A DNA stretch of 60,218 bases from Acidobacteriota bacterium. GTDB lineage: Bacteria > Acidobacteriota > Vicinamibacteria > Vicinamibacterales > SCN-69-37. Location: positions 1-60,218 of the forward strand of contig JBLNGH010000279.1 of NCBI GenBank assembly GCA_050264575.1. Reading direction: 5' to 3'. A program made the translations under genes and the position numbers. Positions 25,644 to 37,100 of this stretch are shown here, piece after piece. Below the pieces are notes generated by a model. The model worked only from the letters and a program-made list of their open reading frames with translations. It was not told the DNA's origin and did no database searches. The stretch's first letter is position 1, and the number at the start of each line of letters is the position of its first letter.

Positions 25644-25754
25644 GTGAAATTGTGATGTGGTGATGTCGTGATGTGTGATTTGAGACCATCATGGCCCGTC
25701 CGAGGACAAGCGTTTTGAAATCACCAATCACCAATCACCAGATCACAAATTCAC
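25644..25754. repeat. Long imperfect inverted repeat of GTGATG-type words (40-nt arms, 31-nt spacer)
   Basis: The left arm is gtgaaattgtgatgtggtgatgtcgtgatgtgtgatttga. The reverse complement of the right arm is gtgaatttgtgatctggtgattggtgattggtgatttcaa. The element fills the convergent htrA/mpg gap and overlaps the last mpg codons. Confidence 0.85.
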
Positions 25755-26348
25755 AGTCTTTGACACACAGTCGTTACTCGTCCAGTAGCAGCGCCACTGG
25801 CGATCGGTGCCCACTCTGATGCCGATCCGGGGTGACCATGTCAGACCGTCCGGCTTGACGCCCTGATCCTCGATTCGCAGGTTGCTCGTCACGAGGTCCG
25901 CGGTGTTCTGCCGCAGCGAGATGCCGAGCGCGACCGTGAGATTCCCCGGTCCCCTGCAGAGATCCGCCACCGCCGGCGCGCCGTTCCGCCGCGTTCGGCG
26001 TCGCCGCATGAGATCGATACCTTCGACGGGCTTCAGCGCGCGAATCAGAATCGCCGCCGGCGATCCCGCATTCTCGGTCACGGCGTTCACGAGATAGTGG
26101 ATGCCGTAGTTGAGATAGACGTACGCGTGTCCGGGCGGACCGTACAGCGGCGCGTTTCGTTTGGTCGGGCCGGGCGCGGCGTGGCAGGCCGGATCGGTCT
26201 CGCCGATGTACGCCTCGGCCTCGACGATGATGCCGGCCGTGCGCCGGCCGCGCAGCTCGTGGACGAGTACCTTGCCGATCAAATCCTCGAGGACGTCGAG
26301 TGTGGGCCGCGCGTAAAAAGTAGACGGGAGGCCGGTGCTGTCGCTCAT
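25743..26348 (-). CDS. mpg: DNA-3-methyladenine glycosylase (Mpg/AAG family)
   Basis: FYARPTLDVLEDLIGKVL...EAEAYIGETDPACHA...GHAYVYLNYGIHYLVN. The ATG at 26348 overlaps the upstream stop (ATGA). Confidence 0.9.
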   Translation of the reverse strand: MSDSTGLPSTFYARPTLDVLEDLIGKVLVHELRGRRTAGIIVEAEAYIGETDPACHAAPGPTKRNAPLYGPPGHAYVYLNYGIHYLVNAVTENAGSPAAILIRALKPVEGIDLMRRRRTRRNGAPAVADLCRGPGNLTVALGISLRQNTADLVTSNLRIEDQGVKPDGLTWSPRIGIRVGTDRQWRCYWTSNDCVSKTVNL

Positions 26349-27547
26349 CGTTTCAAACGCGCAATCGCATCCGCGGCCGCGCGTCTGACACGTTCGTCCC
26401 GATCGCTCACGAAGGTCTCGACCCAGCCGATCTCGTCGCGCGTCCCGATAAACCCTATCAGATGGACGAGGTCGGCGCGATGACGATGGTCTTTCGCGAC
26501 GTCGAGCGTCGCGCGAACGCCGGCGAGCGCCGGCCGGCCGATTTCCAGCAGGTAGTCGCACGACTGGACCGCGACGTCCTTCAGGATCATGTGCGCGGCG
26601 AGCACGTGCGCCTGGGAATCGCCGAGCCGATCGACGGCAAACGCCGCGGCCAGGCGCACGTCCTCGGCGCGATCGGACTCTTCGATCCCTCGCAGCGCGT
26701 CCAGCGACTCGCGATCCTGCAGCCGGCCGAGTCCTTCCGCGGCCGCGCGGCGCATCGCCGGATCGCGATCGGTCAGCCGCCTGCGGAACTCGTCACGCGA
26801 TGGGGCGTGCCCCATCCGCGCCAGCGCAAGAAGCGCTTGCGACGCAGCCGGCGCGCGGCCGCGCGACACGAGATCGAGCAGCGGTGGAGCCGCCTTGTTT
26901 TCGCGAATCGTCCCCAACGCTTCCACGGCGAACTGCCGGACGATGGCATTTGAATCGGCCAGCGTCGCGAGCAGCCGATCTGCCCCCTCCGCTGCCCGCA
27001 ACCGGCCGAGCACGCGCGCGGTCGCCGCGCGGATGATCGGATCGTAATGATCGAGTTCTTCGGCGAGCGCCTTCACCTGCGTCGGCGTCAAAGGCGCCTC
27101 GGCGATGGCGCCGAGCGCGTGCACGGCGTCGAATCGAATGCGCGGATTCTCGTCGCGCATGGCTGCGATCAACCGATCGATGACGGCGGCGGGCGCGGGC
27201 GCCGCCGCCCTGACGAGCGGCCCGGCCTCGAAGGCTTCCTGCGCCGTGCTCTTCGATCCCCCGAAACCCATGATGCGGACGCCGCCGATGCGATCGATCA
27301 GGAAGAACCCGAGCTCGGCCTCGATCGCCGCCGCCTGGACGCGATCGTCCGGATCCTGCAGCAGCGGCGCGACGGGCTCGGCCGCCTCGACGTAGCCCGA
27401 GCCGCCGAGCTGTTGCGTGGACTTCAGCCGGATCTGCGGATCGGGATGGCGAAGGTTGCGGACGACGTCCTGCCAGTTCGCCTGGGCGGACAGCAGCACG
27501 CCTCCGGTGGCGATGGTGACGGCGACGAAAGTCAATCGATGGAGCAT
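26345..27547 (-). CDS. HEAT-repeat protein with an N-terminal signal/anchor
   Basis: MLHRLTFVAVTIATGGVLLSAQA followed by repeated DPxxRxxAAxALGxL units (PBS-lyase-type HEAT). The ATG is at 27547. Confidence 0.72.
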   Translation of the reverse strand: MLHRLTFVAVTIATGGVLLSAQANWQDVVRNLRHPDPQIRLKSTQQLGGSGYVEAAEPVAPLLQDPDDRVQAAAIEAELGFFLIDRIGGVRIMGFGGSKSTAQEAFEAGPLVRAAAPAPAAVIDRLIAAMRDENPRIRFDAVHALGAIAEAPLTPTQVKALAEELDHYDPIIRAATARVLGRLRAAEGADRLLATLADSNAIVRQFAVEALGTIRENKAAPPLLDLVSRGRAPAASQALLALARMGHAPSRDEFRRRLTDRDPAMRRAAAEGLGRLQDRESLDALRGIEESDRAEDVRLAAAFAVDRLGDSQAHVLAAHMILKDVAVQSCDYLLEIGRPALAGVRATLDVAKDHRHRADLVHLIGFIGTRDEIGWVETFVSDRDERVRRAAADAIARLKR

Positions 27548-27599
27548 CCCGCCCTTGTTTCGGCTGCGCGGGCGGAGTGCTTCACCCCGCGAAAGTCCT

Positions 27600-30533
27600 T
27601 CACGCGGGGTCGGCGTACGCGTGCTCCCGGCCCGCCGCAAGGACGCGGCGAAGATGATGGCCGGTGTAGGAGTCATCGACGGTCGCGACCTGTTCGGGTG
27701 TCCCCACGGCCACGACTGAGCCGCCGGCTTCGCCGCCTTCCGGCCCGAGATCGATGATCCAGTCGGCGGTTTTCAGGACGTCCAGGTTGTGTTCGATGAC
27801 GAGCAGGCTGTGCCCGGCGTGGAGCAGCTTCCGGAACGCGGCGAGGAGCTTGACGATGTCGTCGAAGTGCAGCCCGGTCGTCGGCTCGTCGAGCACGTAG
27901 AGCGTCCGCTCGCCGCTCTGCGAGCTGAGATGCGACGCGATCTTGATCCGCTGCGCTTCCCCGCCGGAGAGCGTCGTCGCCGGCTGACCCAGACGCAGAT
28001 ACCCCAGCCCGATCTCGTCCAGCACCTGCAGACGGCGGACGACTTTCGGCGCGCTGCCGAAGAACGTCAGCGCCTCGCGGACCGTCAGATCCAGCACCTG
28101 ATCGACGTTGCGGCCCTTGTAGCGAACCTCGAGCACCTGCGGGCGGAATCGCTTCCCGTCGCACTGCTCACAAGGCACGAAGACGTCGGCGAGGAACTGC
28201 ATCTCGACGCGGACGACCCCTTCACCTTCGCAGGCTTCACACCGCCCGCCGGGGACGTTGAACGAAAAATGGCTCGCCGACAGGCCGCGGGCCCGCGCGT
28301 CCTTGGTCGCCGCCAGGAGCTCGCGAATCGGATCGAAGGCCTTGAGGTACGTCACCGGGTTCGATCGCGGCGTCCGTCCAATCGGCTGCTGATCGACGAG
28401 CACGGCGTCGCTGATGAACTCGGCGCCTTCGAGCTTGCGATGACTGCCGACGCGCCGATCCCAGTCGCCCTTGACCCGTTTGACTGCGGCATAGATGACG
28501 TCATGGACCAGCGTCGACTTGCCGGAGCCGCTGACGCCCGTCACGCCCGTGAACAGACCGAGCGGGATCTCGACGTCGATGTTCTTGAGGTTGTGTTCGG
28601 ACGCGCCGGTAATCCGCAGCCGCTGGATGCTCGCCTTCCGCCTCGTCTGTGGCACGGGGATCGCCAGCTCGTCGCGGAGGTACTTCGCCGTCAGCGATCG
28701 TGTGTCCTCGAGGAGCCCCTGCACCGAGCCGGCGTAGATCACGCGGCCGCCCTGCTCTCCGGCCCCGAGCCCGAGATCGACCACTTCGTCGGCGACGCGA
28801 ATCATGTCGGCGTCGTGCTCGACGACCAGCACGGTGTTGCCCTGATCGCGAAGCTGCTGAAGGATCGTAATCAGCCGCTCGTTGTCGCGCGGATGGAGGC
28901 CGATCGACGGCTCGTCCAGAACGTACAGCGTGTCCACGAGCGCAGAGCCCAGCGACGTTGCCAGGTTGATCCGCTGCGACTCGCCGCCCGAGAGCGTCGA
29001 CGAGAGGCGATCGAGCGTCAGGTAGTCCAGCCCGACGTCAGTGAGAAACCCGAGCCTCCGCCGGATCTCGCGCAGGATCTTCTCCGCGACCGTCGCGTCT
29101 TTTTCCGAGAGCTCGAGCGTTTCGAAGAACCGGCTCGCGTCCTTTACCGTGAGCGCGCAGACCGCGTCGATCGTCTGGCCGCCCACACGAACGTCGCGAG
29201 CTTCGCGCCGCAGCCGGGTCCCGCCGCAATCGTGACACGTCAGGTACCCCCGGTATCGGCTGAGGAATACGCGGACGTGGACCTTGTACTTCTTGCGGTC
29301 GAGCCGACGGAAGAACCCCTTGATTCCTTCGTAGTCGCCGTCGCCGTCGATCACGAACCGGAGCTCCTCGGGCGTCAGGGTCCGCCACGGCACGTCGAGC
29401 CGCACGTGTCCGGCTTTCGCCGAGCGCTTGAGCTGGACGAGACAGCTCCGGTAGTGCGGCTTCGTCCACGGCTCGATGGCGCCCGCATTGATCGTCCGTC
29501 CCGAATCGGGCACGACGAGGCCCATGTCGAGCTCGATGATGTTGCCGAATCCGTGGCACGTCGGGCAGGCGCCGAACGGATTGTTGAACGAGAACAGGCG
29601 CGGCTGCGGCACTTCGTACGAGATGCCGCACGTCCGGCACTCGAACCGCTCACTGAACCGGTGCGTGGTGTGGAGGCCGCCGGCCTGGTCCACTTCGATC
29701 GCGAAGGCCGCACCGTCGCCCTCATGAAACGCCGTTTCGATGGAGTCGGTGAGCCGCGAACGCACGTCGGGACCCACCCGCAGTCGATCGACGATGACGG
29801 AGAGCGATGTCGCGTCGCGCAGACGCTCCGTGTCCGACCCCACTTCGTCGAACGTCAGCGTTCGTCCGTCCACGAGCAGCCGGCCGAATCCCCGCCGGCG
29901 CAGGACGTCGATCGCCGCCGTCACCGGATCTTCCGTGAACGGCAGCGTGTTGCCGTTGGGCGGATTGCCGTCGTCGTCGTTTTCCTGATCGCGGTGCTCG
30001 GCCGCATCGGCCGGCAGCCGCACGGTGACGATCGGATAGTCGAAGCCGACGAGCAGACGCGTCCCCGCCGGCAGCTTCAACAGCTCGCCGGCGACGACGT
30101 CGGGGGACTCGCGCTCGACCTCGCGGCCGCACTGCCGGCAGATGGTCCGGCCGACGCGGGCCCAGAGGAGCCGCAGATAGTCGTGGATCTCGGTGGTCGT
30201 CCCCACGGTGGATCGCGGGTTGCGGACGCTGTTCTTCTGGCGAATGGCGATCGCCGGCGCGATGCCGTCGATGCCGTCCACGTCCGGCTTCTCCATCCGT
30301 TCGAGGAACTGCCGCGCGTAGGCGGACAGCGACTCCACGTACCGCCGCTGACCCTCGGCGTAGATCGTGTCGAAGGCCAGCGACGACTTCCCCGATCCGC
30401 TCACACCGGTGACGACGATGAGCTGCCGATGGGACAGCGAGAGATCGACACCCTTGAGATTGTGGGTTCGAGCCCCGCGAACGACGAGCACGCCGGACGG
30501 GCGTTCGTCTCCGGCGGGCATCAGGTTCGACAT
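27600..30533 (-). CDS. uvrA: Excinuclease ABC subunit A
   Basis: [58 protein letters not shown], two ABC modules and zinc-finger Cys clusters. Confidence 0.97.
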   Translation of the reverse strand: MSNLMPAGDERPSGVLVVRGARTHNLKGVDLSLSHRQLIVVTGVSGSGKSSLAFDTIYAEGQRRYVESLSAYARQFLERMEKPDVDGIDGIAPAIAIRQKNSVRNPRSTVGTTTEIHDYLRLLWARVGRTICRQCGREVERESPDVVAGELLKLPAGTRLLVGFDYPIVTVRLPADAAEHRDQENDDDGNPPNGNTLPFTEDPVTAAIDVLRRRGFGRLLVDGRTLTFDEVGSDTERLRDATSLSVIVDRLRVGPDVRSRLTDSIETAFHEGDGAAFAIEVDQAGGLHTTHRFSERFECRTCGISYEVPQPRLFSFNNPFGACPTCHGFGNIIELDMGLVVPDSGRTINAGAIEPWTKPHYRSCLVQLKRSAKAGHVRLDVPWRTLTPEELRFVIDGDGDYEGIKGFFRRLDRKKYKVHVRVFLSRYRGYLTCHDCGGTRLRREARDVRVGGQTIDAVCALTVKDASRFFETLELSEKDATVAEKILREIRRRLGFLTDVGLDYLTLDRLSSTLSGGESQRINLATSLGSALVDTLYVLDEPSIGLHPRDNERLITILQQLRDQGNTVLVVEHDADMIRVADEVVDLGLGAGEQGGRVIYAGSVQGLLEDTRSLTAKYLRDELAIPVPQTRRKASIQRLRITGASEHNLKNIDVEIPLGLFTGVTGVSGSGKSTLVHDVIYAAVKRVKGDWDRRVGSHRKLEGAEFISDAVLVDQQPIGRTPRSNPVTYLKAFDPIRELLAATKDARARGLSASHFSFNVPGGRCEACEGEGVVRVEMQFLADVFVPCEQCDGKRFRPQVLEVRYKGRNVDQVLDLTVREALTFFGSAPKVVRRLQVLDEIGLGYLRLGQPATTLSGGEAQRIKIASHLSSQSGERTLYVLDEPTTGLHFDDIVKLLAAFRKLLHAGHSLLVIEHNLDVLKTADWIIDLGPEGGEAGGSVVAVGTPEQVATVDDSYTGHHLRRVLAAGREHAYADPA

Positions 30534-30600
30534 GATGGTTACTGCTGCGTTACCTGGCGATAGTCCAAGAGACCCATGTTACTACTATCCGGCCTTTACT

Positions 30601-30629
30601 TTGCCCTTTGGGCAGGCTCGTGCTATCCT
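30601..30629 (+). promoter_or_regulatory. Candidate sigma-70-type promoter (TTGCCC-17 nt-TATCCT) with a 5' UTR of about 140 nt for the RRM gene
   Basis: Hexamers read directly in the AT-richer 242-nt intergenic region. There is no experimental support. Confidence 0.3.
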
Positions 30630-30775
30630 CCGGGAGTCCACCACCTCCAATATCCGTAGCGGCGCATAGATCCCCCCTGTGTCTTCATTCAGTGCATGAG
30701 CCCGATCATTTTGCGGCAGCGCCAGCTTTCAACCCTCAATGTGATCTAGGTCCCGATTTCCAACGAGGATAGTCA

Positions 30776-31417
30776 GTGGCTGTACGGTTGTTCGTAGGCA
30801 ACATGCCCTATGGGGCGACGGAAGCGGATTTGCGGGCGCATTTCTCCCAGGTCGGCGAGCCTTCCCAGATCGTGATTCCCGTCGATCGTGAGACCGGCCG
30901 TCCGCGCGGGTTCGCGTTCGTCGAGTTCCTGGATCGCAGCGTCGCCGAAGAGGCGATCACGCGGTTCAATCAGCAGCCCTTCATGGGCCGCACGCTTTCG
31001 GTGAGCGAAGCGAGACCTCGCGAAGCCGGCGGCGGGGGCGGAGGGTTTCGATCGTCCGGGGGTCCGGGCGGCTTCGGCAGCCGTCCTCCGGGCGGCGGCG
31101 GTTTTGGCGGCGGGCGTCCGCCCGGCGGCGGCTTCGGCGGTCCGCGGCCGATGGGAGCACCCGGCGGATTCCGCCCAGGCGGGCCGCCTCGTCCGGATGC
31201 GCCGGGCGGGAACCGCAATTTCGGTCCGCCCAAGAAAAAGAGCGCATCCAGTGAAAAGCGCTGGGAGAGCAAGGAGCGCGGACCCAAGGGTCCGATCAAA
31301 GAGCGCTACACGGGCCGTCTCGGCGGACTCTACGACGATCCGGATGACGTGAGCACGCCGCTCACCGACTTCGACGATCCGGCTTCGACCGCACCAAAAG
31401 AAGACGACGACAAATAA
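30776..31417 (+). CDS. RRM-type RNA-binding protein with a long Gly/Arg-rich and acidic C-terminal extension
   Basis: RNP2 LFVGNM and RNP1 RGFAFVEF, followed by GGGGGGFRSSGGPGGFGSRPPGGGGFGGGRPPGGGFGG and a ..DDPASTAPKEDDDK tail. GTG start with a GAGGA RBS. Confidence 0.85.
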   Translation: MAVRLFVGNMPYGATEADLRAHFSQVGEPSQIVIPVDRETGRPRGFAFVEFLDRSVAEEAITRFNQQPFMGRTLSVSEARPREAGGGGGGFRSSGGPGGFGSRPPGGGGFGGGRPPGGGFGGPRPMGAPGGFRPGGPPRPDAPGGNRNFGPPKKKSASSEKRWESKERGPKGPIKERYTGRLGGLYDDPDDVSTPLTDFDDPASTAPKEDDDK

Positions 31418-31432
31418 CCCCGGCAGGAGTTT

Positions 31433-31807
31433 GTGGCGACGCACCTGAAGGTCACCGCGATCCTCTTCTTCATCGTCGGCGCGTTTCTCATTTGTGCCGC
31501 GCTGTTCATGTCGCTGCTCTTCGGGATTCTGGGCGGCGTCATCGGCGCGCAAGGGGGGCACGATGCCGCGATCGGCGTCGCCGTGCTGGGCCTCACGGGC
31601 GCCACGCTGACCATCGTCCTGCTGATTCTTGGAATTCCTTACGTCATCTGCGGCTGGGGATTGTGGAAGCGCCGGCGCTGGGCCCGCATCATGGGCATCA
31701 TTCTGGCGGCGCTCGCGCTCCCGAAGATTCCGTTCGGGACCATCTTCGGGATCTACGCGTTGATCATCCTCTTCCAGAAAGAGACTGAAGCGCTGCTGGT
31801 CGCGTGA
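31433..31807 (+). CDS. Hypothetical membrane protein (4 TM)
   Basis: Hydrophobic 124-aa ORF 15 nt downstream of the RRM gene; GTG start. Confidence 0.55.
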   Translation: MATHLKVTAILFFIVGAFLICAALFMSLLFGILGGVIGAQGGHDAAIGVAVLGLTGATLTIVLLILGIPYVICGWGLWKRRRWARIMGIILAALALPKIPFGTIFGIYALIILFQKETEALLVA

Positions 31808-31816
31808 TCTTCACGA

Positions 31817-32848
31817 TCAGCGAAGCTGCCCGATCCGCCCCTGCGATCCCGCCCCCCAGCCCATCGATCCTCCGCGCGCGAAGCTGAACGTGTCGAAGCC
31901 GGGTCCCTCGATTCGTGACCACGTTCGTCCATCGTCGGTCGTCAAGTCAGCGCCGAGCGGACCGACGGCGATGAAAGTTGAAACCGTACCAGGCCGGTAG
32001 GCAACGACGGATCGAAAGCCGGTCAACGCACGTTCCCGTACCAGCGTCCAGGTCGCGCCGCCGTCGGTCGTCACGGCGACGTTGTCGATCGCGTCGGACT
32101 CCTTGGCGAAATCGCCGCCGACGATGATGCCGTGGTTCGCGTCGCGAAAGGCGACCGAGTAGATACCGGCGCTCTGACCCGCCGGCAGAGGTGTGTCGGT
32201 GATTTGCCACGTGCGCCCGCGATCGCTCGATCGCAGCACCCGCGCTTTCGACGCGGCTCCAGTACCGAACCAGACATGGTCGCGGCCGAAGACCGTGACG
32301 TTCGTGCCGCTCGCGGCAAAGGCGCCCTCGTTCGGCAGCGCGGGCGGCAGGCGACCGGCCGGAACCGGAGTCCAGGTCCTGCCCCCATTCTCAGTGGTGA
32401 TGATGACGAACCGTCCGCCGACCGAATCGCTCACAGCGATCCCGTGCTCGGCGTCCCAGAATGCCATCGCATCGAAGAACGCGTCCTGATCCGGATTGGT
32501 GAACTGCAACTCCCAGGTGGCGCCCGCGTCAGCCGTCTTGTAAATGCGCGATGCTGCGCCGGGGCCAATGCTCAAGACGTAGGCCGTGCGATCGTCGATT
32601 GCGTCGATATCGCGGAAGTCGAGCTTGTCGGTCGCCGGACCCGGCAGGCGGGTCCACGTCGCCCCGCCGTCGCTCGTCCGCAGAATCGTGTTCGCCGCGC
32701 CACTCGCCCACGCGACCGTGTCGCTGACGGCGCTGATGCCGCGCAGACGCGCGGTGACCCCTGAGGTCTGGAGAGTCCAGGTCGATTGCGAGGACAAGAA
32801 CATGAAGAGCATGAAGGACGCGAACGGCAGCATGAAGGTCTGGTTCAT
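31817..32848 (-). CDS. Exported BNR/Asp-box beta-propeller protein (Ycf48-like)
   Basis: Signal peptide plus repeated S-x-D-x-G-x-T-W motifs ([54 protein letters not shown]). Confidence 0.75.
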   Translation of the reverse strand: MNQTFMLPFASFMLFMFLSSQSTWTLQTSGVTARLRGISAVSDTVAWASGAANTILRTSDGGATWTRLPGPATDKLDFRDIDAIDDRTAYVLSIGPGAASRIYKTADAGATWELQFTNPDQDAFFDAMAFWDAEHGIAVSDSVGGRFVIITTENGGRTWTPVPAGRLPPALPNEGAFAASGTNVTVFGRDHVWFGTGAASKARVLRSSDRGRTWQITDTPLPAGQSAGIYSVAFRDANHGIIVGGDFAKESDAIDNVAVTTDGGATWTLVRERALTGFRSVVAYRPGTVSTFIAVGPLGADLTTDDGRTWSRIEGPGFDTFSFARGGSMGWGAGSQGRIGQLR

Positions 32849-34146
32849 TTTCTAACGACCGTGCCGCCCTTCATCACGAGCTTCACCTTCCGTAATGCGG
32901 AGATGTCCTTGGTCGGATCGCCGTCGACGGCGACGAGATCGGCGAGCAGTCCCTGCGCGACATGGCCGACCTGGGTTTCCATGTGCAGCACCTTCGCATC
33001 GATGGAGGTCGCCGATTTCAGCGCGTCGACCGGCGTCATGCCGTACGACACCAGCAGCTCGATCTCGCGGGCGTTGTCGCCATGTGGAAAGACGCCGACG
33101 TCTGAGCCGCTGGCAATCGTCACGCCGGCGTCGAGGGCTATCTTCAGACTCTGCCGCTTCCGTTGGACGCCGGCCGGTTCGGGCGTCTGGCCGGGCTTCC
33201 AGCCGGCGTACTGACTCGTCGCGTGCCCCGCCGCGACCGTCGGGCAGAGCGCCACGCCGCGCTCGGCCATCAATTTGAAAACTTCAGGCGTGCCGCCGTC
33301 GCCGTGCTCGATGGTCTCGGCGCCGGCGAGCACCGCGCGCCGCATCCCTTCGGGCGTCGACGCGTGCACGACGACCGGCCGGTTCAGGCTGCGCGCCGTG
33401 TCGACGATGAGCTTCATCTCGTCGAGAGAGAACGTCGGCGTCGTTTCGCCGCGCGGCCCGGCCCGGTAATCGCCGTACACCTTGATCCAGTCCGCGCCCT
33501 TGCCCGCCTGCTCGCGGACGACGCGGATCAGATCGTTGCCGTCGGCTTCCTGCGCGCCCTGAGGGATTTCCCAGACCGGAGAGAATCCTTTTGGCGCGTA
33601 GGTGCCGGTCGCGACGATTGCGCGCGTCGCGACCAATAAACGGGGACCGGGAATGATGCCCTGATTGACCGCCTGCTTGAGCCCGACGTCGGCGTATCCG
33701 GCGCCTTCCGTGCCGAGATCCCTCAGCGTCGTGAACCCGGCGTCGAGCGTCGCCTTCAGATGCGTCACCGCGCGCGCCACTCGCAGTGACTCCGCCTCGA
33801 GCAGGACCTGATCGTTCCACGACGTCTCGTTGTACGCGTGGAGCAGGATGTGCGAATGCGCGTCGATGAGACCGGGCAGGATGGTTGCGCCGGGCAGATC
33901 GATCGTTTCCGCCCCCGCCGGCGCCGTAATGCCGGCCGCTGCGCCCGCCGCTTCGATCCGCTGCCCGCGCACGAGCACGGCCCAGCCCTCGTGACTCGTC
34001 TCGCCGTCGAAGACGCGGGCCGGCCGCAGCAGATACGTGGTCGCCGGCGCGCCGGATTCACGCCCGCGTTGCGCGGCAGGCGCGCCGACCAGAGTCACGA
34101 AGCAAACCATGACCGGCAGCCAGACTTTGAGTGCTACGTGCCGCAT
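32845..34146 (-). CDS. Exported amidohydrolase-family metallohydrolase
   Basis: [10 protein letters not shown] metal motif, VVVHAST, and C-terminal GSDVG..H. Signal [26 protein letters not shown]. An alternative ATG at 34173 overlaps the upstream stop. Confidence 0.85.
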   Translation of the reverse strand: MRHVALKVWLPVMVCFVTLVGAPAAQRGRESGAPATTYLLRPARVFDGETSHEGWAVLVRGQRIEAAGAAAGITAPAGAETIDLPGATILPGLIDAHSHILLHAYNETSWNDQVLLEAESLRVARAVTHLKATLDAGFTTLRDLGTEGAGYADVGLKQAVNQGIIPGPRLLVATRAIVATGTYAPKGFSPVWEIPQGAQEADGNDLIRVVREQAGKGADWIKVYGDYRAGPRGETTPTFSLDEMKLIVDTARSLNRPVVVHASTPEGMRRAVLAGAETIEHGDGGTPEVFKLMAERGVALCPTVAAGHATSQYAGWKPGQTPEPAGVQRKRQSLKIALDAGVTIASGSDVGVFPHGDNAREIELLVSYGMTPVDALKSATSIDAKVLHMETQVGHVAQGLLADLVAVDGDPTKDISALRKVKLVMKGGTVVRK

Positions 34147-34169
34147 ATCGATCACCTCGACACCAATCG

Positions 34170-37100
34170 TCATTGCACGGAAATCGGCGGCAGGCCCGCC
34201 GCCTTCAACTTGAGATTGAGCGCCGGCAGGTCGACAGACTTGATCGTCTTCCACTGCGCGATCACGCGATCGGCGCTGGCCTGCGCGGCGGTAATGGCCG
34301 TGAGCTGCGAAGCGGTCGGCGCGACGTCGGCGCCCTGCAGCGAATTCATCACGCCAGTGAGCGCGGCCGTGGCCGTCGAGAAGCTGTCGGCTTGCGCCGA
34401 TCCACCGCCCCCGCCACGCCCGCCGCGCCCGCCTCCACGCCCCGCCGGTGGCGCGACTTCGGAAGGCGCGGGCGCGAAGGTCGTCTGAAGCTTCTTGTCG
34501 AACGCCGCGAGCGCCGTCGCGATCGGCCCTTGCGCCTGCGATTGGAGCTTCGCGATCTGCTCGCGCGTGCGCGAAAACTCGCGACCGGCCCCCTGAGCGT
34601 CGACCGCGCCAAAGTACGTGGCCTTCGTGGACGCGTACACCTGCTGCATCGCGAGCGGCGGCGTCTTGACGCGTGGATCCTGCTTGACCGTGATCGGCTG
34701 CGAAAAGCTCTTGCCGTCGACCGTGAGCTTGACGGTGTACGTTCCCGGATTCACCCAGGGCGTCCCGGGTCCGGGCGCAGTGTTTCCGGGGATCGCCTGA
34801 ATCCCCAATCCGCCTCCGCGGCCGCCGCCGCCACCGCCGAGCGGCTGATAGTGCACGTCCCACTGAAATCGGTGCATGCCGGCTGCGCTCGAAAGCGCCT
34901 GCGGCGGCCGGTACCAATAAAGCGGCACGGGCGACGTGGCCGCATCCGGAATGGGCGCGACGGGATCCGCACTCGAATAGCGCCGGACCAGCCGGCCGTC
35001 GGCCTGGAGGATCTCGAGAGTTACCGGACCCGCCGCCGCGGTCTTCAGGTAGTAACTAATGATGGCGCCTTCGGGAGGGTTGGGGCTGGTCGGCTCTTCC
35101 TTCGGCCACGGCATGTCCGTGCTCGTGTTCCAGCGGACACGCCACGCCGTCCCCGGCTTGAACAGCACGACGTTCTGATTCGTGGTGGCGGCGTCAATCT
35201 GCCGCAGCGGCGTGATGTCGTCGAGGATCCAGAAGCCGCGTCCGTGCGTCGCCACCGCGATGTCGTCGTCTTTCACGATCAGGTCGCGGACCGAGGTGGC
35301 CGGCAAATTCAATCTGAGCGACTGCCAGCGGGCGCCGTCGTCGAACGACACGTACACCCCGCGCTCGGTGCTCGCATAGAGCACTCCCTTTTTCACAGGA
35401 TCTTCGCGAACGGCGTTCGCAGGTCCGGCGTCGTCCATTCCGTTCACGATTTCGGTCCAGGTCTTGCCGCCGTCGTGCGTGCGGAAAATGTGCGGTCTCA
35501 TGTCGTCGATCCGGAGGGTGTTCACGGCCGCGTAGGCCGTGAGCGCGCTGAAGCGCCCGGGATCGATCATGAAGACCTTCCAGTAGGGACCCATCGCGGG
35601 CGGGGTGACATCCGTCCAGTGCAGACCGCCGTCGGCCGTCGTGTGAATCAGCCCATCGTCGGTTCCGACCCAGATTCGGTTGATGTCGAGATACGACGGG
35701 CCGATCGTGTAGATCACCCGCGCGCCTCCCGGGGTGTTGTGCGCACTCGGTTGATCGCGGTACTTGCCGATGCTCGGCGGCATCTCGTGCTTCTCGCGCG
35801 TCAGGTCGGGACTGACGCGCTGCCAGGTGCTGCCGCCGTCAATGGTCTTCCAGAGATAGTTGTTGCCGAAGAACAGCGCGCGCTTGTCCGCCTCGGAAAA
35901 GACGACGGGCTGCGTGCGCACCTGCCGGAAGGTCAAGCCTTGGTCCGGCGCCCCGCCGCCGCGCCCGCCTGCCGGTCCCACGGTCGAGACCTGCCCCGTC
36001 CGCCGATCGAATCGCGTGACGCTCCGGCCGCCGTACACGAGATCGGGATTGAGGGGATCGGGAGCGACGTAGCCGTACTCGTCAACGCCGACCGGACTCC
36101 AATCGCGGAGCGAGATGGCGCCGAAGTTCCCGCGACTCGCGACGCACGCCGATCCGCTTTCCTGTTGTCCGCTGCACACGCGATACGGAAAGGCGTTGTC
36201 GGCCGACACATGGTAGAACTGCGCGGTCGGCTGGTTGTACCACGAGCTCCACGTCTCGCCGCCGTTCAGCGTGACGACGCCGCCTTGATCGGAAACGAGG
36301 AGGATGATGTTCGGATCGTTCGGATTGATCCACGCCGACTGGTAGTCTTCTCCGCCCGGCGCGCCCTTGAATGGCACCCACGTCTTCCCGCCATCGGTCG
36401 ATTTGAACGTGACGATGTTCGTCACGAGAACGGAGTCCGGATCCTGCGGGTACACCATCGGCGTTGCTTCGTCGATGCGCTGTGTCGTCCGCGCGTCGGC
36501 AGGCAGCCGCGTCCAGGTGGCGCCCGAATCGTCTGACCGATAGATGCCCGTGTTGGCGCCCGCGTTGACGGTGGCGTACAGGCGCGACGTCCGGCTCGGC
36601 GCGATCGCCAGCTCCGCGTTCAGCAGACCCTCCGGCAATCCCGACGACAGCTGCGTCCACGTCGATCCGCCGTCGGTGGACTTGAAGATGCCGCCGGTCG
36701 TTCCACCCCACGCGGCGTTTTCCCACGGTCCCTGACGGGCTTCCCAGAGCGTCGCGTACACGATGTTCGGATTCGCGGGATCGATGTCGACGTCCTTGCC
36801 GCCGGTGTCGTCGCCTTTGAACAGCACTTTCTCGAAGGTCCGGCCGCCGTCGGCGGAGCGAAAAATGCCGCGTTCCGGATTCGGTCCGTACGGGTGCCCC
36901 AGGGCAGCGACGAATATCCGGTCCGGGTTCTTCGGATCGATGGCGATCTTCGGGATTTGCTGCGCGTCGCGCAGGCCGAGGTGCGTCCAGGTCCGGCCGC
37001 CGTCAGTGGATTTGTAGATTCCGTCTCCTACCGACAGGTCGGGCCGCTGCAAACCCTCGCCGCTGCCGACGTAGATGACGTCCGGATTGGAAGGTGCGAT

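Noticed and set aside
26345-27547. HEAT-repeat protein as an AlkD/AlkC-like HEAT DNA glycosylase
   Set aside because: It is much longer than AlkD and has a hydrophobic signal or anchor. The repeats look like generic PBS-lyase HEAT units, and I could not recognise catalytic Asp/Trp motifs.
27789-30563. 924-aa ORF antisense to uvrA
   Set aside because: It mirrors a highly conserved gene. Its translation has no motifs and shows the antisense Arg/Asp/Leu bias.
34131-36536. 801-aa ORF antisense to the BNR/sortilin-like gene (also 32895.., 33163.. and 33838.. antisense to the amidohydrolase)
   Set aside because: Same reasoning. The minus-strand frames carry Asp-box repeats and amidohydrolase metal motifs.
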